Virus record (IMG/VR): IMGVR_UViG_3300032307_000731
Span: 51,164-115,163 of that record
Length of the DNA stretch: 64,000 bases
DNA from: a virus
Reading direction: 5' to 3' (one strand)
Below are positions 1-8,956 of the stretch, in pieces. The notes under the pieces are model-generated. The model did not search any database and was not told where the DNA came from. It was given only the letters and a program-made list of their open reading frames with translations. Positions within the stretch are counted from its first letter, which is position 1. Every line of letters starts with the position of its first letter. The translations under genes were made by a program, and so were the position numbers.

Positions 1-10
1 GTGATGGTAT

Positions 11-42
11 AAAAAAAGTGGTCTTAGGACCACTTTTGTTTT
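11..42. terminator. Intrinsic terminator, probably bidirectional, ending the minus-strand block
   Basis: AAAAGTGGTC-TTAG-GACCACTTTT perfect hairpin (14-37) flanked by A7 and T-rich runs, directly after the stop of ORF 43..378(-). Confidence 0.8.
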
Positions 43-378
43 TTAAGATTGTTTTAATCCATCTGAAGATAATATATACCAATTACCTGCGACATATCTA
101 AATTCAATACATGCAAATTTGTCGGCAACTATTTCATCATATTCTTCATCTATTTTACCGATATCTGGTTTAATTGTTAGATTTGTCATCGATTTTACTA
201 CCACATGGTCAGTTGTTTTTGAATCTAATATAATTACTGATTGTGCGACTCCTCGTACGATAACACAACTTTCTCCTGTAGTCCTGTAGTCTAACTCAGA
301 AACTACTGAAATTTCTGAAGTATCTATGGTTAGTCCATTTATTATTTTTCTTGATGGTATTGATTTTACTATTGCCAT
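43..378 (-). CDS. Hypothetical beta-rich protein, possibly virion-associated
   Basis: 111-aa ORF directly downstream of the neck gene; no recognised catalytic motif. Confidence 0.6.
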   Translation of the reverse strand: MAIVKSIPSRKIINGLTIDTSEISVVSELDYRTTGESCVIVRGVAQSVIILDSKTTDHVVVKSMTNLTIKPDIGKIDEEYDEIVADKFACIEFRYVAGNWYILSSDGLKQS

Positions 379-379
379 A

Positions 380-1501
380 TTATATTACGTAAATTTGTCG
401 AGGCATTGCTCTAAATTTCATTTGTTTGTTTAAGTTTTCTGCGATTAACGCTTCTCGTTCCATTACTTTTTCAGGTCTTAATCTTGTTAACCATCCTTCG
501 GCACCTGTAAGTTCTTCAAGTAATTTTGTTTTTTCATCCTTTGCCTCAGTTGATAAAGATTGGTAATCCATCGTTAATTCACTATCAGGTGTTTTAAGAT
601 TTCCACTATATTTTCCTCTAACTCTTGCTAAAGTTTCTTTACAATATGCCGTAAACCATCTTCTAACCCATTGTTGTCCCGGAACGTTTAGGTCTTCCCA
701 ACTTAATTCTTCAAGTGGTACATCTGTTGGTAATTTAATTACATCAGGATTATTTTTTAAACAATCCGCTCTATTGTCAGGTGTTACATCATAATACCAA
801 TACCAAACTGCTTTACCAACATATTGTCCATAACTTGACCAGTTGAATCTTCCTCCCGGTGTATTGTATAAGTGAATGTTTTTCTTACCATCAGGTAAAC
901 CTGTTATTCTATATGTTAAAGAGCCACCTAAAATTCTGTTAAGAATATTTGATTCTTGTGCTCTGATTAAGTAATCGAATCCTGACATCATAAAGTAAGA
1001 CCCCTGATTACCCATTTGAGCAAAACCTGCTTCACTAGCACCAAGTCCAACACCACCAAAAGGACCTGCCATACCACCTAATCCAAGATTATATGGACGG
1101 TCACTAAACCATAAAAGTTCGTTAACTTCTCTACCTGCGGGAATTTCATATGTTTGGACATTCTTCTCAAGAATAAAATAATCTTTCTTTAACACCCAAG
1201 GACCTTCAGTTTGAAGACCGACGATTTTAGAATACGAATAACTAAACTGTTGTTCAAAATCCATGGTTCGAGTAATCAAAGCTTTTGCAACTGATTTCTC
1301 ATTCATGTTTAGGTTAACTAAATTAACCCATTGACTATCTATTAACCATTGAAGAACATATTCTTCATAGTCACCTATAGATAATTCCATTAACGAGTCC
1401 ATCATTTCATCCTCAAGTTCAACACTTCTAAGTGGTGCACCTAATTGATGTTTGACTCTAGTATAAATTTTACTTCTTTCTGGTTCCGGTATAACTGCCA
1501 T
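380..1501 (-). CDS. Neck / head-tail adaptor protein (T4 gp13-like)
   Basis: N-term 'VKHQLGAPLRSVELEDEMM' and C-term 'WVRRWFTAYCKETLARVRGKYSG...EAKDEKTKLLEEL' resemble gp13 family termini. Confidence 0.8.
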   Translation of the reverse strand: MAVIPEPERSKIYTRVKHQLGAPLRSVELEDEMMDSLMELSIGDYEEYVLQWLIDSQWVNLVNLNMNEKSVAKALITRTMDFEQQFSYSYSKIVGLQTEGPWVLKKDYFILEKNVQTYEIPAGREVNELLWFSDRPYNLGLGGMAGPFGGVGLGASEAGFAQMGNQGSYFMMSGFDYLIRAQESNILNRILGGSLTYRITGLPDGKKNIHLYNTPGGRFNWSSYGQYVGKAVWYWYYDVTPDNRADCLKNNPDVIKLPTDVPLEELSWEDLNVPGQQWVRRWFTAYCKETLARVRGKYSGNLKTPDSELTMDYQSLSTEAKDEKTKLLEELTGAEGWLTRLRPEKVMEREALIAENLNKQMKFRAMPRQIYVI

Positions 1502-1524
1502 AACTATAAATATATTGTTAAATA

Positions 1525-3057
1525 TTATTGTATATCATATAATAAAGAATCTAATGGAAATAAAAAGTTACCATTAACAATTACAGGTTTTTTATCAAAA
1601 ACTAAAACATTTTTACCTTTTTGAAAAATCATTAAATCCGTTTTATACATTTTAACACTTGCGGTTCCCTCAAGTAAAATACCCTCATCTGTTATCTTTT
1701 TTTCTCGGAAAGGTTTAACTTGAGCGGTTTTAGTTACACCATCTTTGGTTATCTCTAAATCAATTCCACCAATTCCATCTCTTTTACTTCCAAGTTCACC
1801 AACAATTTCAACTTTAACACCTTTACCAAAATATCTTCTTAATATTGAAGCTGTTATCTCTTCACGTTTTGAACCCGCAGCATCCTTAACAATTAAGACC
1901 TTTAACAAGTTTTGAAATGTTGAACTCTCTCGATTAAATATTTTAAATTTATAATAGTTAATTGCTGAAACAAATCTTGTAGCTTCTTTTTTTTGTTCTT
2001 CAATATTTTTATTTCTAAAATTAATTGGTGGTTCTTTTGTTAATTTTGTAATAACTTGATTTAAATCATTTAATAAAATACAGAATGTTGTGTAATTCGT
2101 ATTTAATTTATTAATTATTGACCGACCTGGTCCTTCTAAGTCATAGACACCTGACATTTGGTTATTACTTGGATTTTGAATATAATTTTCGGAAAAAACT
2201 TCTTTCAAAATCCTATCAATACCATGCATATAAATCCATTTAACATCTTCGTTAGTGTTAAATAAAGTTCTATAAAATTCGTTTTCAGATGATGAACACA
2301 TTTCTGATTTACCTTCACTTAATATTAGTCTCATTTTTGTGGACTCTAAAAGTTTTGTTTCAGTTTTCATTTCATATAATTTGGAAACAAAATTCCAATT
2401 CACAACTTTCCAAAAGTTTGAGATATACTCATCTCTCTTATTCCTATACTTTAGATAGTAAGCGTGTTCCCATAAATCTAATCCTAATAGTGGGAATCCA
2501 CCACCTTCGATAACATTCATTAGTGGGTTATCTTGGTTTGGGGTAGACATAATTTTTAAAGTATTTCTTGATGTTAAAACTAACCATACCCAACCCGAAC
2601 CAAATCGTTCTTTTGCAATTTTTTCAAATTCTTTTTTAAAGGTAGGAAAACTACCATATTGTTTGGTAATTTTATTTAAAAGTTCCCCTTTAAGTTTTGT
2701 GGGTGTTGGTGATAACATATTCCAAAACAATGCGTGGTTAAATGCACCTCCGGCATTATTTCGAATTGTTTTATCAAATCGACTAATTGTTTTAATTATT
2801 TGAATTAGTTCTAAATCCCCGTATTTTTTCTTTGAAAGAGCGTCATTCAATTTATCCACGTATCCCTTGTAATGTTTGTTGTAGTGAAATTCCATTGTTT
2901 CGGGGTCAATGAATTGTTTCAAGGCTGAGTAAGAGTAAGGTAATTTTTCAATCCCTATTTTCTTCATTTCTGTAATCAACAGATTTTTTTCCTTAAGTAC
3001 GTGGTTCCCAAGGATTGTTGTTTCTAATTGTTGAATTTTTTGTTCTATTTTTTTCAT
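1525..3057 (-). CDS. Mn/Fe superoxide dismutase fused to a C-terminal PD-(D/E)XK-like domain
   Basis: LPYSYSAL, HYNKH, NNAGGAFNHALFW, FGSGWVWL, NQDNP, DLWEHAYY metal-ligand motifs; ~280 extra C-terminal aa with 'GIDLEI...AQVK'. Confidence 0.9.
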   Translation of the reverse strand: MKKIEQKIQQLETTILGNHVLKEKNLLITEMKKIGIEKLPYSYSALKQFIDPETMEFHYNKHYKGYVDKLNDALSKKKYGDLELIQIIKTISRFDKTIRNNAGGAFNHALFWNMLSPTPTKLKGELLNKITKQYGSFPTFKKEFEKIAKERFGSGWVWLVLTSRNTLKIMSTPNQDNPLMNVIEGGGFPLLGLDLWEHAYYLKYRNKRDEYISNFWKVVNWNFVSKLYEMKTETKLLESTKMRLILSEGKSEMCSSSENEFYRTLFNTNEDVKWIYMHGIDRILKEVFSENYIQNPSNNQMSGVYDLEGPGRSIINKLNTNYTTFCILLNDLNQVITKLTKEPPINFRNKNIEEQKKEATRFVSAINYYKFKIFNRESSTFQNLLKVLIVKDAAGSKREEITASILRRYFGKGVKVEIVGELGSKRDGIGGIDLEITKDGVTKTAQVKPFREKKITDEGILLEGTASVKMYKTDLMIFQKGKNVLVFDKKPVIVNGNFLFPLDSLLYDIQ

Positions 3058-3099
3058 ATGTTTGGATTAACCATTACATATAAATAATCAAAAAATAGT

Positions 3100-4854
3100 T
3101 TAACGACGCATTTCATTAATTCTCTTTAATATTTCTTCCGCGGCATCAGCTGTATTTTGATTATCTCCCATGACGGTGGCTATCACTTGTTTTTTATTAT
3201 GTAGTATGTCGTAAATAATACCCTCAATAGTATTTTCAAAAATTGGGTAATAAACTAATACATTATTTTTTTGACCATAACGATATGCTCGGTCTTCCGC
3301 TTGTGCGTGGTCAGATGGTAAAAATGATAAATCATTAAAGATAACAGCTTCGGCGGATGTTAAAGTAATACCAACACCAGCGGCTTTAATATTACCAACA
3401 AATACTTTTACTTTTTCGTTTTCTTGAAATTGGTCCACACTAAATTGTCTTTCAACCTTTGACATTGACCCATCAAGTTTAACCGCAGCTTTCCCAAAAT
3501 GTTCTGTTATTTTATTTAATGAATCAGTAAAATTACAGAATATAATAACTTTTTTATCTTGTTCTATAATGTTCTCAGCTATCTCGATAGTTTGTGCAAT
3601 TTTTTCATCGGCAATAATTTGACGAACTTTGGTCAGTTTGGTAAATTGTACCGTTAAAGATTTTGATTCTTCCGGATTTTTTTCATACCAATTATAGTAG
3701 TCACCCATTACTTCCTCGTATACTTTTGATTTTAATCTCAAATATACTGGTGTAATAATTTTGTCGGGTAAATCTAATACATTTTCTTTTAACCTTCTTA
3801 AGGTTAGACCTACGGTTCTATCTCTCAATTCTTCAAGGTTTGATGCTCCTTGAACGTTCCAAATTTTTCTTGGACCAACTTTAAATTGAAAACCGGCACA
3901 ATAACGAATAACATATGCCATCCAATTCTTGGCAACAGGTGAATCAATTAAACTAAGTAAATTAAAATAATCGATTGGACGGGATGTCATTGGTGTACCG
4001 GTTAACAACCATAATCTATCAACACTCTTGGTGATGTCGTTAATAAGTTTTGTTCTTTGAGCTTGGGCATTTTTGATATAGTGTGCCTCATCAATAATAA
4101 TTAAATCGAATTTGGACATTAAAATTAACGACTCATCTTTTTTCTTAGGGTCGTGAAAATTTTTAATAATATCGTAATTAACAATAACAAAATCATCTTC
4201 TGTACTAAATTGTTTTCCTTCAGATATGAATATACTTCGGTCTGAATAATTTTCTATTTCTCGTTTCCAGTTAATTTTTAAAGTTGCCGGACAAATTATT
4301 AAAATTTTCTTTGCTCCGGTTTCTAACGCGGCTATAATAGTTGATGTGGTTTTACCAAGACCCATATCATCGGCAAGGATAAACTTTTTATTCTCAACTA
4401 ATTTTTGGATTGCCTCTTTTTGATGTTCAAGAGGTGGACGATTAGAATATTTTGAATAATCTATTACAACATCTTTAACCGAATTATCTTTAATGATTGC
4501 GGCTTTTGGTAACCAAAAGTGGTGGAATTCCTCATTCTCAAATACTTTACCCCAAATATGATACGCCTTTTCTTTATCACATAATAGTTTTTCTACCCAA
4601 ACTTTTTGTGGTATTTCCGTGTATAGTTTATCGTCGGCGAGTTTTTGAGCAAAGTAGGCATCAAGTATTACCCATTTTTTTGCAACTTTGGGTTGTTTGT
4701 CATGATTATTAACAATATATTCTGATTGACTCCTTGTTGGATAAAACTTTCTGTTTAATTGAGATTTACGTTTTAATTCAATTAAATAATTATTACCCCC
4801 TTCATAAGTTTCCAATAGGGATAACGCCTTTGACTCTATACTAGTATTTTCCAT
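3100..4854 (-). CDS. SNF2-family helicase/ATPase (SMARCAL1/HARP-like)
   Basis: ADDMGLGKT, DEAH, LLTGTP, AAGVGITL, QAEDRAYRYGQ motifs. Confidence 0.92.
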   Translation of the reverse strand: MENTSIESKALSLLETYEGGNNYLIELKRKSQLNRKFYPTRSQSEYIVNNHDKQPKVAKKWVILDAYFAQKLADDKLYTEIPQKVWVEKLLCDKEKAYHIWGKVFENEEFHHFWLPKAAIIKDNSVKDVVIDYSKYSNRPPLEHQKEAIQKLVENKKFILADDMGLGKTTSTIIAALETGAKKILIICPATLKINWKREIENYSDRSIFISEGKQFSTEDDFVIVNYDIIKNFHDPKKKDESLILMSKFDLIIIDEAHYIKNAQAQRTKLINDITKSVDRLWLLTGTPMTSRPIDYFNLLSLIDSPVAKNWMAYVIRYCAGFQFKVGPRKIWNVQGASNLEELRDRTVGLTLRRLKENVLDLPDKIITPVYLRLKSKVYEEVMGDYYNWYEKNPEESKSLTVQFTKLTKVRQIIADEKIAQTIEIAENIIEQDKKVIIFCNFTDSLNKITEHFGKAAVKLDGSMSKVERQFSVDQFQENEKVKVFVGNIKAAGVGITLTSAEAVIFNDLSFLPSDHAQAEDRAYRYGQKNNVLVYYPIFENTIEGIIYDILHNKKQVIATVMGDNQNTADAAEEILKRINEMRR

Positions 4855-5222
4855 TATTCAAACACACTACCATTACCATAGTTTATTAACAATTCTTCCT
4901 CTTCATTAATATCTCTTAATGCAAAATATACAAATGTTCGTTCTTCATTATTTGTGTACCAATCAACATTTGGTGTTTCAGAGTGATTGTAATATGAACC
5001 ATAACCCAACACCAACGCATGTTCATCCCAATTTTCAGAACGAGGATAGCAAAATGAATAATTTGAAAAAACCGGTATTTTTTCCTTAGAATTTTGAGGA
5101 AAAGAAAGAAAAGGGCATACATCTATTACTTCACCTTTTTTTATGGTTTGTGAAGAAAAAACCCCTAAATTATGTAAGGGACTGTCTTTTAAATATATTT
5201 TAGTTGGAGGACTGATTTTCAT
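4854..5222 (-). CDS. SET-domain protein (lysine methyltransferase)
   Basis: LGVFS..IKKGEVI, YYNHSETPN, FALRDI..EELLINYG SET motifs; stop overlaps SNF2 start (TAATG). Confidence 0.88.
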   Translation of the reverse strand: MKISPPTKIYLKDSPLHNLGVFSSQTIKKGEVIDVCPFLSFPQNSKEKIPVFSNYSFCYPRSENWDEHALVLGYGSYYNHSETPNVDWYTNNEERTFVYFALRDINEEEELLINYGNGSVFE

Positions 5223-5231
5223 ATTTCTTTA

Positions 5232-5260
5232 AATATAGTTAATAACCGAGTATTTATCAA
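5232..5260 (-). promoter_or_regulatory. Host-type promoter for SET-SNF2
   Basis: Minus strand reads TTGATA-N17-TATATT just upstream of the SET start; same -10 as the promoter at 31887. Confidence 0.6.
5251..5257 (+). promoter_or_regulatory. TATTTAT putative late-promoter motif (one of about 12 copies)
   Basis: Same heptamer precedes most structural transcription units (see findings). Confidence 0.6.
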
Positions 5261-5294
5261 TATATGAAAATAACACAACAAAAACATTATTAAT

Positions 5295-5807
5295 ATGCAA
5301 AAATTAGTTCCAATAACAAGACTAGGTAAATTCTTTGGTGCTGAAGATTATGCTTTGGATATTGGTATGGGTGAAGAATGGTTATTGGGAGATATGAACT
5401 TTACCGTAATTCTTTACCGTATTGATAGATATAAAACCAAAACGGATGATGTTTATGGTGAGGTAACGGAAGATGGTATTCAATTTATGGCACCTGTTGA
5501 ATTACAAGGATTAGTTCAAGTTATGGCACCAACCTCTAAGAATTATGGAAATTCACGAGTTGAATTACAAGAACCTGGTAATATGAAATTTTCATTGTAT
5601 CAAAAAACTCTTGACGATATGGGTGTTGAGATATTCCAAGGGGATTATCTTGGGTATTATGAAACTGAAGATAGAGTTAGATATTATGTTGTAAGTGATG
5701 ATGGATATGTTAGGTCAGATAATAAACATACATATGGAGGATACAAACCATTCTACAGAAGTGTTGTTGCAACTTATGTAAGTGAAAACGAATTTAGAGG
5801 AATATAA
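5295..5807 (+). CDS. Head closure/neck protein (gp14-like)
   Basis: 'VILYRID..KTKTDDVYGE' resembles the gp14/head-closure motif; beta-rich; structural context. Confidence 0.55.
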   Translation: MQKLVPITRLGKFFGAEDYALDIGMGEEWLLGDMNFTVILYRIDRYKTKTDDVYGEVTEDGIQFMAPVELQGLVQVMAPTSKNYGNSRVELQEPGNMKFSLYQKTLDDMGVEIFQGDYLGYYETEDRVRYYVVSDDGYVRSDNKHTYGGYKPFYRSVVATYVSENEFRGI

Positions 5808-6196
5808 TGGAATACGTAATAAAAGAGAGTAAATTATTTAATGCCATCTATCAGTATATTAATGGGTCTTATGATTTGACTAAAATTGATTTTTTTAATC
5901 CAACCACTTGGAATGATGATGAACATGATGACAAAGAAAATCCATATATTACGGAGTTTTTCAATACAGAATATGATGGTGATTATGATGAAAATGGGAT
6001 GTTATTTATTTATATTGTAAAGGAATATTATTCAGATGAACCTTCAAGACAATCTTTTATAAATCAAACACCAATTTTAATTGTTAATGATTATGGAAAA
6101 TTAGAAACAATGTTTGGTGAATATTGGAAAGACCCTTTTAAAAAATGGTTTGAAAATAAATTTGAATTACCTGTTAAAACAATTGTTGCTGATTAA
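5807..6196 (+). CDS. Acidic hypothetical protein, paralog 1
   Basis: MEYVIKESKLFNAIYQY...FGEYWKDPFKKWFENKFELPVK; homologous to the next ORF. Confidence 0.75.
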   Translation: MEYVIKESKLFNAIYQYINGSYDLTKIDFFNPTTWNDDEHDDKENPYITEFFNTEYDGDYDENGMLFIYIVKEYYSDEPSRQSFINQTPILIVNDYGKLETMFGEYWKDPFKKWFENKFELPVKTIVAD

Positions 6197-6597
6197 TGGA
6201 ATACGTAATAACAGAGAGTAGATTATTTAATGCTATCTATCAGTATCTTGATAGTTATCTAAACCCAAACGAAATTGATTGGGTTTATGGAGTTGGTACT
6301 GATGAAGATGGTTATGAGGATATAGATAAGGATGATGAAAACTTTTTAATGTTCTTTAAAGGAGAGTGGAATGGGGAAGATGATACTGACATAGTTTTTT
6401 ATTATTTTGATGTGGATTATTATGAAAATAGTCCATCAACTAAATCGTTTAGAAATCAAGCACCTATTTTAGAAGTTATGGGTAAATATGGTGAACATTT
6501 AGACACTATGTTTGATGACCATTGGGTCGAACCTATGAAAAAATGGGTTCAAGATAATTTTAAATTACCGGTTAAATCGGTATCAACACATTATTAA
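6196..6597 (+). CDS. Acidic hypothetical protein, paralog 2
   Basis: MEYVITESRLFNAIYQY...FDDHWVEPMKKWVQDNFKLPVK. Confidence 0.75.
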   Translation: MEYVITESRLFNAIYQYLDSYLNPNEIDWVYGVGTDEDGYEDIDKDDENFLMFFKGEWNGEDDTDIVFYYFDVDYYENSPSTKSFRNQAPILEVMGKYGEHLDTMFDDHWVEPMKKWVQDNFKLPVKSVSTHY

Positions 6598-6599
6598 TA

Positions 6600-7133
6600 A
6601 TGAAAGTATTAGTTAAAGAATCTCAATTAAGAAGAATATTTGAAATTGTCACAAAAGATAAAGTAATTTGTGACGAGTGTGGTTGGTCATGGGATTTAGC
6701 TGATGGTGGTGACGACCCTTATATTTGTCATAAATGTGGTCATGATAATGAAGAAAAAAAACATATAGGTGATAGAGTTATGGTGTATTATAATCTACAT
6801 AAGCATACTTTTTCAGTTACTTATGATGGTAGGGTTATAACTCATGCTGACTATGTTAAATTAACAGATGTTGAATTTAGGGTAAGACAAGGTGGTAGAG
6901 AAAAAGTTATTAAAGAAAAAAGAAAAAATGTTCATTCGTTTGTGATTGGTACTTTAGTGGATTATTGTAAATACCCATGTGAAAACCTACCGGATGAACC
7001 GAATAATAATATTGTTACATACAACCCTTACAAATATAATACTTATGTAATGAAGGGTACTGAAGAGCCAGTATATCGAGCAAATGAGGTCGATATGATT
7101 AATTTAAAGAATAAATTATTTATAATAAGTTAA
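6600..7133 (+). CDS. Zn-ribbon plus conserved phage domain of unknown function
   Basis: CDEC...CHKC ribbon followed by 'VYYNLHK..FSV...KRKNVHSFVIG...YNPYK'. Confidence 0.7.
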   Translation: MKVLVKESQLRRIFEIVTKDKVICDECGWSWDLADGGDDPYICHKCGHDNEEKKHIGDRVMVYYNLHKHTFSVTYDGRVITHADYVKLTDVEFRVRQGGREKVIKEKRKNVHSFVIGTLVDYCKYPCENLPDEPNNNIVTYNPYKYNTYVMKGTEEPVYRANEVDMINLKNKLFIIS

Positions 7134-7138
7134 AAAAA

Positions 7139-8938
7139 ATGAGATTATTAAAATTCCTTAATCAAAATATATTGAATGAGGTTTCTGAAAAAGTTAAGAA
7201 CCAATTATATTCAAAATTTAAAGATGATACTTCTGATAGCCGTGAAGTTATAGTATCATATATTGATTTATTTGACCGATACAAAGATAGTTTGTCTTCT
7301 GATAAGAGAGATATTACAAAATATTCATATAATGAGTTAAAATCATTAGTGGATTCAAAACAAAATGCCAAACTAATTTCTGACATTTTTAAACAATTTA
7401 AGAAAAAAGAAAAAGGAATTGAAAATAATGTATTAAAAAAATACATTAAAAAGTTTTTGGAAATCCAATCAGAACTTCCAAAAGAGTTTCAAGATATAAC
7501 CAAACTAAAATTTTTACAAGTAGTTAAACTAATTGACAAAGCGTATTCTCAAATATTAACTAATAAGATGATTGAAAAATTTTCTGAAGAGAATCCAAAT
7601 TTAACAAAAGACCAAATTGTTTTTTATCTTGACACATATAATGAGAATTTTGATTTAATTCCATTTGAAACAAAAGGTATTGATAAAATGTCTTTTGATG
7701 AGTTGGAACATTTGTTGGATGGGTTAGAAGGAAAAAAAGACGCTACCGACAAAAGCAAAGAAGAGGTCGGTGACATTGATTTGAAATATGACCAAAACAA
7801 TTTGAAAATATTTGCACCAAAAACAAAAGACCAATGTATTCGTTTAAAAAATGGTAGAGGTTGGTGTACTAGTCGTGAAGGTAGTGGTAATATGTATTAC
7901 AATTATAGATTAGGTAGTGAAAGAACTCTTTATTATGTAATTGATGAAGACAAAAGTTTTGATGATTTAAACTTTGCAACCGTAATTCTTGTTGACCCTA
8001 ATGGAAGAAAATCAATGGCAGATAAATCTAACTCGGGAAAATATGGAGGTAGTACTAATTTACCTTGGGATGAGATTGTTTCAAAAGTGCCAAAACTTAA
8101 AGGGTTAGAAAATATTTTTGTACCGGAACCTTTAACTCAACAGGAAAGAGAATTGATTAATACAGTTAAAAATGTAAGGGTTGGTGATAATCCAATGGAG
8201 TCTTTTGAAAACCCACAACAAGTAGAAATGTGGTTAGAGTATAATAGCCCAAATTTAAACGATATTCAATATTCTAATTTAACTCCGGACTTAAAGAAAA
8301 AATACATTGCGTTAGGAATGAACTTAACTTCTCCAATGATTAAATCTTCCGAACCTGAAGTGTTAAAATATTATATTAGTAAAAAAATTGATGTAATTAA
8401 AAATAAGGACATTAGTAGTTTAACGAATGAAGAAATTTCATTATTAGAAACTCCTATGTTGAAAAAACTTAAAGAAGAGTTAAAACCAAAATTTGCAAAT
8501 TCATTAACTTCTAATGGTGATAGATTAATAATTGATGATTTTGAGAGAGGTTCTGCAGCTAAATTTATTAGATTGTATGGGTTAGAGGATTTATTTTCAA
8601 ATATACCTAAAACTATTACAGAATTCCAAATTCAAAATAAAACACAGAACGTGGTTAATATCACAATCCCTCAAGACATTGGAAGGTTTAAAGATTTGGA
8701 TATGATTATGTTAGATAATTGTATAAGTTCTATACCTGATAGTGTTTGTACTTTACCAAAATTAAGATTTTTATCTTTAATTAACAATGAAAGATTAACA
8801 TCCATTCCTGAATGTATTGCCAATTTACCAACGATAATATTTCTTAATCTTAAAAATAGTAAAAATGTAGTTATACCTGAAAACATTAAACAAAGAGGTA
8901 ACGACATGGGTGGCGGAATGTGGGATTTAGGAGAATAA
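7139..8938 (+). CDS. Multidomain protein with helical repeats, a WCTS-motif domain and C-terminal leucine-rich repeats
   Basis: C-term 'IPQDIGRFKDLDMIMLDN / ISSIPDSVCTLPKLRFLSLINN / LTSIPECIANLPTIIFLNL' LRR periodicity. Confidence 0.75.
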   Translation: MRLLKFLNQNILNEVSEKVKNQLYSKFKDDTSDSREVIVSYIDLFDRYKDSLSSDKRDITKYSYNELKSLVDSKQNAKLISDIFKQFKKKEKGIENNVLKKYIKKFLEIQSELPKEFQDITKLKFLQVVKLIDKAYSQILTNKMIEKFSEENPNLTKDQIVFYLDTYNENFDLIPFETKGIDKMSFDELEHLLDGLEGKKDATDKSKEEVGDIDLKYDQNNLKIFAPKTKDQCIRLKNGRGWCTSREGSGNMYYNYRLGSERTLYYVIDEDKSFDDLNFATVILVDPNGRKSMADKSNSGKYGGSTNLPWDEIVSKVPKLKGLENIFVPEPLTQQERELINTVKNVRVGDNPMESFENPQQVEMWLEYNSPNLNDIQYSNLTPDLKKKYIALGMNLTSPMIKSSEPEVLKYYISKKIDVIKNKDISSLTNEEISLLETPMLKKLKEELKPKFANSLTSNGDRLIIDDFERGSAAKFIRLYGLEDLFSNIPKTITEFQIQNKTQNVVNITIPQDIGRFKDLDMIMLDNCISSIPDSVCTLPKLRFLSLINNERLTSIPECIANLPTIIFLNLKNSKNVVIPENIKQRGNDMGGGMWDLGE

Positions 8939-8956
8939 TTAAAAAAAAAATAAAAA

